Source: Candidatus Methanoperedens sp.
GTDB lineage: Archaea > Halobacteriota > Methanosarcinia > Methanosarcinales > Methanoperedenaceae
NCBI GenBank assembly: GCA_041494705.1
Contig: JBGQBI010000005.1
Span: forward strand, 210,001-242,000
Reading direction: 5' to 3'
Length of the DNA: 32,000 bases
Shown: positions 1 through 7,197 of the stretch, piece by piece
How positions within the stretch are numbered: the stretch's first letter is position 1
How the letters are laid out: each line of letters starts with the position of its first letter
Made by a program: the position numbers and the translations under genes
The notes under the pieces: model-generated
Database searches by the model: none
What the model saw: only the letters and a program-made list of their open reading frames with translations
What the model was told of the DNA's origin: nothing

Positions 1-79
1 AGCGAATCCGGGCTTTCCATATTATTAATTGATGATATGCATGGATATAATATAAACGCAAGCTCTGTGAAAGTAATTC

Positions 80-216
80 GAGAATTTTTATTGTGTCTGG
101 TTTAAAAAACCACAGAGAGCACAGAGGACACTGAGAAAAGGGGCTACTCTCTGTGCTCTCCGTGTGCTCTGTGGTCGATTATCTCTATCTGGATTCATTT
201 ACCCAGAAAAAATTAA
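80..216 (+). repeat. Hairpin-repeat element, copy A (about 130 nt; central imperfect hairpin 109-175)
   Basis: Aligns nearly base for base with 12654-12786 and more loosely with 17938-18047. The 5' arm ACCACAGAGAGCACAGAGGACAC is made of 9-nt CACAGAG-type units and pairs with the 3' arm GTGCTCTCCGTGTGCTCTGTGGT. The flanks GAGAATTTTTATT...TCTGGTTTAAAAA and GATTATC..TATCTGGATTCATTTACC are conserved. Confidence 0.85.
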
Positions 217-270
217 AAAATCTCGTAATTCTGACAAAAGGATTATACCTTACAGAGTAATTAAGCCGAT

Positions 271-753
271 GTGATGTTCATCGAAATAGACGGCTGGATG
301 GCAAAACTGCGATTTTCTGCATGCCATTTCATTCCGAATCATCCCAAATGCGGCTGCCTGCACGGTCACACGTACGCGGTCAGCGTGCGGCTCGAAGGCG
401 AACAGATCGGGGAATTTATAATTGATTTTGAGCTGGTTAAAAATATAGTAAACGGGATTTGCGACAGGCTGGACCATAAAGTCCTTATCGCTGAAAAAGA
501 CCCGCGCCTTCGGATAGTGAAAAAGGATGGCGTCTCAATTGAAATCATAGAAAGTAAAAAGCGATACGTATTGCCTCTGGAAGATATTGTGTTCCTCCCC
601 ACGAAATCAGTGAGTGCTGAAGACCTGTGCAAGTATTTCTCAACCGAAATGGCAAACGGGTTAAAATCAAATGGCGCGGATAATATCAAGAAGCTCCATG
701 TCAGGGTGGATGAGGGCATAGGGCAGGGCGCTGGCTGTGAATTATCGCTTTAA
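271..753 (+). CDS. 6-pyruvoyl-tetrahydropterin synthase / QueD family protein
   Basis: The N-terminus reads FIEIDGWMAKLRFSACHFIP..HPKCGCLHGHTY, which carries the Cys and His-x-His zinc/catalytic signature of the PTPS/QueD fold. The 160-aa size fits. GTG at 271 or ATG at 274 could be the start. Confidence 0.8.
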   Translation: MMFIEIDGWMAKLRFSACHFIPNHPKCGCLHGHTYAVSVRLEGEQIGEFIIDFELVKNIVNGICDRLDHKVLIAEKDPRLRIVKKDGVSIEIIESKKRYVLPLEDIVFLPTKSVSAEDLCKYFSTEMANGLKSNGADNIKKLHVRVDEGIGQGAGCELSL

Positions 754-820
754 TAACGCCAAAGTCGATTACATATTATTTTTATATCATCTGCATCCTA
801 ATATGAAAGAGTGACAAATA

Positions 821-3751
821 ATGACCAGCAGGATTGAAGTAGGTTTTAAAAAGGGAATGAAAGACGCATTGGGCGAAGGTGTCAAGAAAAGGATAGTTGA
901 AGACCTGCATATTAACGTGGACTCTGTCAGGACTATCGAGGTTTACACCTTTGACGCAGACTTTTCAGAAAATGAACTGAATCTGCTGGGTGAAAAATTA
1001 TTTGCCGACCCCGTAATCCAGGTCTTCTCATCCAAACCGCTGGCAGAGGATTTTTCATGGCTGATAGAAGTGGGATTCAAGCCTGGCGTGACCGACAATG
1101 TCGGAGCGACTTCGAAAAAGGCATCTGAAGACGTGCTTAAAACCGAATTGCGGGGAGTTTATTTTTCAAGACAGTATCTTATCAGGGGAAATATCACAAA
1201 AGAAGATGCCGATAAAATTGCAGGCGGGCTTCTTGCGAACAGCCTGATTGAAAGGTGGGAAATAATAAACATTGACGACTGGAACCGTGAAAAGGGCGTG
1301 CGCCTTCCACTGCCGGTAGTGAAAGGAAAACACACACCTTCGGTTTCGGCACTAAATCTGGATGTCAGCGACAACCAGTTAAAGGAAATAAGCGTTCAAA
1401 GACTTCTTGCCCTCAACCTTGCTGAAATGAAAACAATTCAGAAATATTTTTCTGATGCCGGTGTCAGAAAAGAAAGAAAAGAAATCGGTCTTTCCCTTCC
1501 CACGGACGTAGAAATCGAGGCGCTTGCACAGACATGGTCTGAACACTGTAAACACAAGATTTTCAACAGCCAGATAACCTATACTGATGAAAAAGGAACC
1601 AAGACAATAAATTCTCTTTTTGATACTTTCATAAAGCGCTCAACCAGGGAAATCAACAAACCCTGGCTTGTCTCTGTTTTTACCGATAACGCCGGAGTTA
1701 TCAAATTCAATGACGATTATAACCTTGTGATGAAGGTGGAGACGCACAATACACCCTCTGCACTTGACCCTTACGGCGGCGCAATCACGGGTATCGTAGG
1801 CGTGAACCGCGACCCGCTTGGCACTGGCATGGGGGCGCGGTTGATTTTCAATACCGATGTATTCTGTTTTGCATCGCCCTTCTATGACAAGGAATTACCG
1901 CCGCGGCTTCTGCACCCGAAAAGGATTTTCGAAGGGGTGAGGCGCGGCGTGGAGCACGGTGGGAACAAGAGCGGTATCCCGACGGTGAACGGCTGCATCG
2001 TTTTTGATGAGAGATATCTCGGAAAACCCCTTGTTTACTGCGGGACGGGCGGGATAATGCCCTCCATGATTAACGGCAAGCCTTCCCACATTAAAGAGAT
2101 TAATCCCGGCGACCTGATAGTGATGACAGGGGGTCGCATCGGGAAAGACGGCATACACGGCGCCACGTTTTCCTCGCTTGAACTTGATGAGAATTCGCCT
2201 GTAACAGCAGTCCAGATAGGCGACCCCATAACCCAGAAAAAGATGCTGGATTTCCTGCTTGAGGCGCGGGATTTGGGGCTGTATAATGCCATCACGGATG
2301 ACGGCGCAGGAGGATTGTCCTCATCCGTGGGTGAGATGGCACAGCTTAGCGGAGGATGCCTTATCGAGCTTGAGAAATGCCCCCTGAAATATCCGGGACT
2401 TGACCCGTGGGAAATACTGCTTTCGGAATCGCAGGAAAGAATGACGCTTGCCGTATCTCCGGATAAGATTAATGATTTCCTGGCTCTTGCAAAAACAAGG
2501 GATGTTGAGGCAACGACCATAGGTACTTTCACGGACACAGGAAAATTCCATGCAAAGTACGGCGATAAAAACGTGGCTTACCTTGATATGGATTTCCTGC
2601 ACAAAGGCCTTCCCACGATGAAGCTGAATGCACGGTGGGAACGTAGGAAGTTCGAAGAACCCGTGCTTGGGATTGTGGATTTAACAGCCGCGCTCAAAAA
2701 CCTCCTCTCGCGTCTTAATATCTGTTCAAAAGAATATGTCATCAGGCAATACGACCATGAAGTGCAGGGTGGCTCGGTTGTAAAGCCGCTTACGGGCGAC
2801 GGACCGAGTGACGCTGCGGTTATCCGGCCTCTGCTTGACAGCATGGAAGGGGTCGTGGTTGCAAATGGCATCTGCCCGAGGTACGGTGATATTGATACAT
2901 ACCACATGACGGCATGCGCCATCGATGAGGCAGTGCGGAACCACATTTGCGTGGGAGGCTCGTTTGACCACCTCGCGGGTCTTGATAATTTCTGCTGGTG
3001 CGACCCTGTGAAATCCGAGAAAAACCCTGATGGCGAGTTCAAGCTGGCGCAGCTTGTGAGAGCGAACAAGGCATTATATGATTATACGAAAGCCTACGGC
3101 GTGCCCTGCATTTCTGGAAAGGACAGCATGAAGAACGATTATATAATCGGAAGCAGGAAAATATCCATACCGCCAACAGTGCTTTTCTCAACGATTGGCA
3201 AGATAGAGGATGTGAGGAAAGCAGTGACTATGGACGTTAAAAAACTGGACGACAGGGTTTATGTCCTCGGCATAACGAAGGATGAACTCGGAGCTTCCGA
3301 GTATTTTGCTTCACTTGGTTTTATAGGCAACGACGTGCCGAGAGTTGATGCGGCGTCTGCAAAGCGATTGTATATTGCTCTTGAAAGAGCCATCAACGAA
3401 GGCACAGTAGCTTCGTGCCATGACTGCTCTGACGGCGGTCTTGGCGTTGCGCTGGCTGAGAGCGCATTTTCAGGCGAACTTGGCATGACCATTGAATTGA
3501 CAAAAGTGCCCGTGGAGAACATCAAGCGCGCCGATACGATACTGTTCTCGGAGTCACAGAGCCGCTTTGTGGTGACGGTGGCGCCGGAAAAAGTTGCGAG
3601 GTTTGAGGAGAGTATGAGAGGAAACGTGTTTGCAGATGTGGGCGCGGTTACGGCGCCGCAGGATTTCATGGTGATGGACGGGGAGAAAGTGGTGCTGAGC
3701 GCGGGGAACGATGAGTTGAAAGAAGCGTGGCAGAGGACGTTGCGGTGGTGA
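821..3751 (+). CDS. purL: Phosphoribosylformylglycinamidine synthase PurL with two fused N-terminal PurS-like repeats
   Basis: The 976-aa product carries PurL/AIR-synthase-type motifs (ETHNTPSALDPYGGA, GDPxxxK, two PurM-like halves). The N-terminal 160 aa or so contains two PurS-like repeats: IEVGFKKGMKDALGEGV...LFADPVIQ and IEVGFKPGVTDNVGAT...LLANSLIERWEI. Confidence 0.93.
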   Translation: MTSRIEVGFKKGMKDALGEGVKKRIVEDLHINVDSVRTIEVYTFDADFSENELNLLGEKLFADPVIQVFSSKPLAEDFSWLIEVGFKPGVTDNVGATSKKASEDVLKTELRGVYFSRQYLIRGNITKEDADKIAGGLLANSLIERWEIINIDDWNREKGVRLPLPVVKGKHTPSVSALNLDVSDNQLKEISVQRLLALNLAEMKTIQKYFSDAGVRKERKEIGLSLPTDVEIEALAQTWSEHCKHKIFNSQITYTDEKGTKTINSLFDTFIKRSTREINKPWLVSVFTDNAGVIKFNDDYNLVMKVETHNTPSALDPYGGAITGIVGVNRDPLGTGMGARLIFNTDVFCFASPFYDKELPPRLLHPKRIFEGVRRGVEHGGNKSGIPTVNGCIVFDERYLGKPLVYCGTGGIMPSMINGKPSHIKEINPGDLIVMTGGRIGKDGIHGATFSSLELDENSPVTAVQIGDPITQKKMLDFLLEARDLGLYNAITDDGAGGLSSSVGEMAQLSGGCLIELEKCPLKYPGLDPWEILLSESQERMTLAVSPDKINDFLALAKTRDVEATTIGTFTDTGKFHAKYGDKNVAYLDMDFLHKGLPTMKLNARWERRKFEEPVLGIVDLTAALKNLLSRLNICSKEYVIRQYDHEVQGGSVVKPLTGDGPSDAAVIRPLLDSMEGVVVANGICPRYGDIDTYHMTACAIDEAVRNHICVGGSFDHLAGLDNFCWCDPVKSEKNPDGEFKLAQLVRANKALYDYTKAYGVPCISGKDSMKNDYIIGSRKISIPPTVLFSTIGKIEDVRKAVTMDVKKLDDRVYVLGITKDELGASEYFASLGFIGNDVPRVDAASAKRLYIALERAINEGTVASCHDCSDGGLGVALAESAFSGELGMTIELTKVPVENIKRADTILFSESQSRFVVTVAPEKVARFEESMRGNVFADVGAVTAPQDFMVMDGEKVVLSAGNDELKEAWQRTLRW

Positions 3752-3897
3752 TCAATATTGTAGTAAGTGAATATGGAAAATCTCTTCTTGAACCTGAGCT
3801 TAGACCGGAATTTATCAAAAAAATCAAAGCAAGGAAAAAAGAGAAGACCATTAAGATCACGGATTTTAGCTGTCATTACGGCTTAGATTAATATGTA

Positions 3898-3993
3898 ATG
3901 TCCCTTTGCGATGAGCTTGAAGCCGGAATTGCGCGCTCGGAGGCGGATAGCGGGAGGTTGATGGAGGCGTGGCAGAGGACGCTGCGGTGGTAG
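3898..3993 (+). pseudogene. Relic duplicate of the purL 3' end (31 codons ending MEAWQRTLRW-stop)
   Basis: GCGTGGCAGAGGACGCTGCGGTGGTA at 3967-3992 repeats GCGTGGCAGAGGACGTTGCGGTGGTG at 3725-3750. Weaker similarity extends about 30 nt on both sides. The relic's reading frame ends with the same EAWQRTLRW as purL. Confidence 0.7.
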
Positions 3994-4109
3994 TGAATTA
4001 TTGCAGGTGAATTACAGTAACCATTTCAACTTGGTTCTCATCATCCCCATCAAAGCTATAGTCTATTATCGGCGATAGTTTTATTTATGAATCTTGAGAG
4101 GTTACTATC

Positions 4110-4655
4110 ATGCCACCAAAAGCTGTTAGAACAGTAAGAGATTTAATCTACTGGCAATATGCAAAACTTATAGCTGAGTCGGTAGGTTATGGAAAAACCA
4201 AGAACTATGGTTTTATCATGGACAGATTCAAACAGCTTAAAAAAGGGGATATTCAATGGTCAGGGTCTATAAGGGAATATGTAAAAGAGCGAGAAAAGCG
4301 GAACGAATGCATATATTGCGGGAGTAAGGAGCCTTTAAGTACTGATCATCTGATACCCAAAAGCAGGGGAGGGCCTGATACGGGGGACAACGCCATTACT
4401 GCATGTAAGAGGTGCAATTCATCTAAAGGAGATAGGGGTGTTTATGAGTGGTACGGACTTGAAAGAAGGAATGAACTTCCCAGGATAGTTGAAGGAAAAT
4501 ATTTGAAGCTGCTTTACTCACTTCATGAAAAAGAAGGAACATTAGACGTAGATATCAAGGATCTGGATAAATTATGCAAGATATGCGATTTAGGGGATTT
4601 GTGCGAAGAAACATCGTTGACCGTCTATTGCCTTGAGAGCATTTTGAAGAAATAG
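4110..4655 (+). CDS. HNH endonuclease family protein
   Basis: The HNH core reads CIYCGSKEPLSTDHLIPKSRGGPDTGDNAITACKRCNSSKGDR (Cys pair, D-H, N, Cys pair). A GAGAGGT ribosome-binding site lies upstream. The gene is visibly more AT-rich than purL. Confidence 0.85.
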   Translation: MPPKAVRTVRDLIYWQYAKLIAESVGYGKTKNYGFIMDRFKQLKKGDIQWSGSIREYVKEREKRNECIYCGSKEPLSTDHLIPKSRGGPDTGDNAITACKRCNSSKGDRGVYEWYGLERRNELPRIVEGKYLKLLYSLHEKEGTLDVDIKDLDKLCKICDLGDLCEETSLTVYCLESILKK

Positions 4656-4741
4656 GCCTGGCAACGCAAGGAGATTCGTAGTTTCATTTCACTTACATGC
4701 ATGTATTCCGGCTAAAAGACTTTATATATCCACAATGACAA

Positions 4742-6175
4742 TTGCAAATGAGGGTTGGTATGAGACAAGATGAAATACTTAAAAAAGCACAGTTTAAAGA
4801 ACAAAATGGCGTAAAGATTCTGCGCATTAAAGGCAAACCATATGAGATGGGATATCAGCATGGCTATTTTTTAGCTGGTAGAATAGCCCTTATGATAAAC
4901 AGGACGCTTCTGGCTACTGCCGCTTATGTTGCCAAACAGACGGGTTCGGACCTTAAAAAAGCGCAGGAGATGTTGTGGACAGGACAGAAAAAAGCGGAAC
5001 CGTTTCTTCCGGGGGAGTTTAAAGAAGAAATGAAGGGAATCGCCGACGGTGCAAAAGCTGCGGGAGTGAACGTAACCCTGGAGCAGATATTGCTCTGGAA
5101 TACCAACTATGACCAATGGTGTATCTACTGCCATCCCCATTACTGGCAGTGCGATGGCAAGGAAAATCCGGAGCCTTCGGGCTTAACCCGACCTGCTGGC
5201 GGCGGGTGCAGCAGCTTTTGCGCCTGGGATGAATGGGCGGGCGGCGATGGTAAATTGATTTTCGGCAAGAATGAAGATAATTTCAACATGCCGGAGCAAC
5301 TGGATAACCGGATGATGGTCATAGCCGACCCGGATAACGGATTCGGTCACGCCTTCCTGACTTATCCGGGGATGATCGGGCTGGACGGGGGCGTAAATGA
5401 GAAGGGTTTTGAGATGATGACGCAACTGAACTCCATGCAATTTGAAAGTATGGAAGGCTGCGGTATTGCCATATTCACACGCCTGCTGCTGACCCATGCA
5501 AGTACCGTGGATGATGCCATAAAAATATTCCGGGAGCACCCCCGCTGCGCCGGCATTGCATACCATGTGGCGGATGCCAAAGCCAAAAAGGCGGCGGTTG
5601 TTGAGACATCTTCCAGAATGGTTTGTGTCCGTTATCCCATGCCCGATGTCAAAGCGATGTGGCAGTCAAACCATTCGAACTGCTATCCGGGCTGGGCGGG
5701 TTATTCGGGATACAATATGGTTGCTGACCAGGTGCTTGTGAACGAACTCAAGGATATCTCCACTATTGAAAACTGGCAGGACAGCCTTAAAGACCCATAT
5801 AATTTCTTCGTCCAGGCGCCCAGCCGTTTTGAACGGTACGGACAGTTGATCCACGAATATTATGGCAAAATCACTCCGGAAAATGCCATAAAAATATTAA
5901 GCGACCGCTACGACCCTTATACGCGGATGACCCGTCCGGCGGATTTTCCCTCATGGACTAATAATATCCTCTGCACCATATGCGCCATGTATCCCGATTT
6001 TACTTATCAGGCGCAAGAGCCTGTGGGAACGTTTAAAGCCCATGTAGCCAACATGTGGAGCCTTGTGGCTTATCCCGAAACCGGAGATCTCTGGCTTGCA
6101 ATAAATAACTTCCCGGCGCAGTATGGCGGGTATGAACATTTCAATCTGAAGGAATTGCTGGGTCGCGCGCGTTAA
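4742..6175 (+). CDS. Peptidase C45 / acyl-CoA:6-APA acyltransferase-like Ntn hydrolase
   Basis: The N-terminal GKPYEMGYQHGYFLAGRI is typical of the C45 family. The putative nucleophile context is GGGCSSFCAW, followed by GKLIFGKNEDN (Ntn-hydrolase Cys plus the N-x-D motif). No signal peptide is present. The start is ambiguous: TTG 4742, ATG 4748, or ATG 4760 preceded by GAGGG. Confidence 0.75.
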   Translation: MQMRVGMRQDEILKKAQFKEQNGVKILRIKGKPYEMGYQHGYFLAGRIALMINRTLLATAAYVAKQTGSDLKKAQEMLWTGQKKAEPFLPGEFKEEMKGIADGAKAAGVNVTLEQILLWNTNYDQWCIYCHPHYWQCDGKENPEPSGLTRPAGGGCSSFCAWDEWAGGDGKLIFGKNEDNFNMPEQLDNRMMVIADPDNGFGHAFLTYPGMIGLDGGVNEKGFEMMTQLNSMQFESMEGCGIAIFTRLLLTHASTVDDAIKIFREHPRCAGIAYHVADAKAKKAAVVETSSRMVCVRYPMPDVKAMWQSNHSNCYPGWAGYSGYNMVADQVLVNELKDISTIENWQDSLKDPYNFFVQAPSRFERYGQLIHEYYGKITPENAIKILSDRYDPYTRMTRPADFPSWTNNILCTICAMYPDFTYQAQEPVGTFKAHVANMWSLVAYPETGDLWLAINNFPAQYGGYEHFNLKELLGRAR

Positions 6176-6253
6176 ATCGTGAACTGCATTATCTGATTTA
6201 TAAATGAGTATCATTAAATAGTATGAATGTTACCTTATAAATGGTGGTAAAAG

Positions 6254-6667
6254 GTGGATATCAACGGTATCTGGTACAACGAACTCGGATCGATAATGGA
6301 TTTAAGAGTTTCAGGGAATGTGATGACGGGCAAATATCAAACAAAAGTTGGAGGCGCGCCGGGAATTTATCCTCTGGCGGGATATTTGAATGCACCCAAC
6401 CCCAATGGTATTGCTGTTGGCTGGACGGTTCTCTGGAATAATCAGCTTGGAAATAAGCAGAGTCTTACATCGTGGGCCGGTCAATACCAGCTCAGCGACG
6501 GGATTGAGGAAATATACACATTCTGGCTGCTTGTGAGGGAATTAGAGCATGCTGAAGACTGGGAAGCTACAAACATAGGTCAGGACATATTTACCCGCAA
6601 TAAACCCAGCGAGAAGATGATTCTAAAGGCAAAGAAAAGAGGAAAATTTTCCCATCCGATCCAATGA
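6254..6667 (+). CDS. Avidin/streptavidin-family biotin-binding protein, leaderless
   Basis: GIWYNELGS..MTGKYQTKVGG..GIAVGWTVLWNN..KQSLTSWAGQY..TFWLLV..EDWEATNIGQDIFT aligns along its length with core streptavidin (GTWYNQLGS..LTGTYESAVGN..ALGWTVAWKN..AHSATTWSGQY..TQWLLT..NAWKSTLVGHDTFT). The start is GTG at 6254, with an in-frame TAA at 6248-6250 directly upstream. Confidence 0.85.
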   Translation: MDINGIWYNELGSIMDLRVSGNVMTGKYQTKVGGAPGIYPLAGYLNAPNPNGIAVGWTVLWNNQLGNKQSLTSWAGQYQLSDGIEEIYTFWLLVRELEHAEDWEATNIGQDIFTRNKPSEKMILKAKKRGKFSHPIQ

Positions 6668-6696
6668 GCACCATGCTATTTTAATTTGCACGTTAG

Positions 6697-6722
6697 TTTA
6701 GTTCTTGGTACCAAGAACTAAA
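6697..6722. terminator. Perfect 26-nt palindrome between convergent genes (putative bidirectional terminator hairpin)
   Basis: TTTAGTTCTTGGTACCAAGAACTAAA is its own reverse complement. It lies between the avidin-like gene (+) and the 159-aa gene (-) and overlaps the stop codon of the latter. Confidence 0.55.
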
Positions 6723-7197
6723 TATACGCCCTTCTCAGCCTGTCCTTATGCTCATTATATTTTTTCCTGAAAGACAGGTCATCCATCATCCTATTAACCT
6801 GGCTCTTAAGTTTTTGTTCAAGCGCCGCCTGTTTGCCTGAAAGAAGCTCCTTGCACAAAAGATTTGATGAATCCGAAGAATACGTCTGTATCCCTCCCAT
6901 AACAATCGAAATCCCCCGGTTCTGCGGCGTCATGGTCCCAAAGGGCACCGGTGAACCGTCTTTCATTATTTTTTCAAGGTCATTGTCATAACGCGATACT
7001 TCCGCGCCCACTGCGACAAATTCACCGGGCTTGACTTCCTCGGATTTAATCTGCCATAACTTATTCTCTCCGCCTATAAAAGTATCATGATATTCGCGGT
7101 TCATGCCTGCAAGCACCCGCCATCTTGATTTATCCTTGCTTTTATCATATGATTCTTTCATTGTCCCCATGAGGGAGCTGATATTCTTGATTGCCAT
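6718..7197 (-). CDS. Hypothetical protein (159 aa), translationally coupled to the upstream AAA ATPase
   Basis: The ORF is long and has no competing frame. Its ATG overlaps the AAA gene stop by 1 nt (TAATG). I recognise no motif in it. Confidence 0.65.
   Translation of the reverse strand: MAIKNISSLMGTMKESYDKSKDKSRWRVLAGMNREYHDTFIGGENKLWQIKSEEVKPGEFVAVGAEVSRYDNDLEKIMKDGSPVPFGTMTPQNRGISIVMGGIQTYSSDSSNLLCKELLSGKQAALEQKLKSQVNRMMDDLSFRKKYNEHKDRLRRAYI

Noticed and set aside
6241-6441. An alternative 66-aa ORF starting at ATG 6241 and overlapping the avidin-like gene
   Set aside because: Its translation (MVVKGGYQRYLVQRTRIDNG...) has no recognisable features. The +1 frame starting at GTG 6254 gives an end-to-end streptavidin-like alignment.
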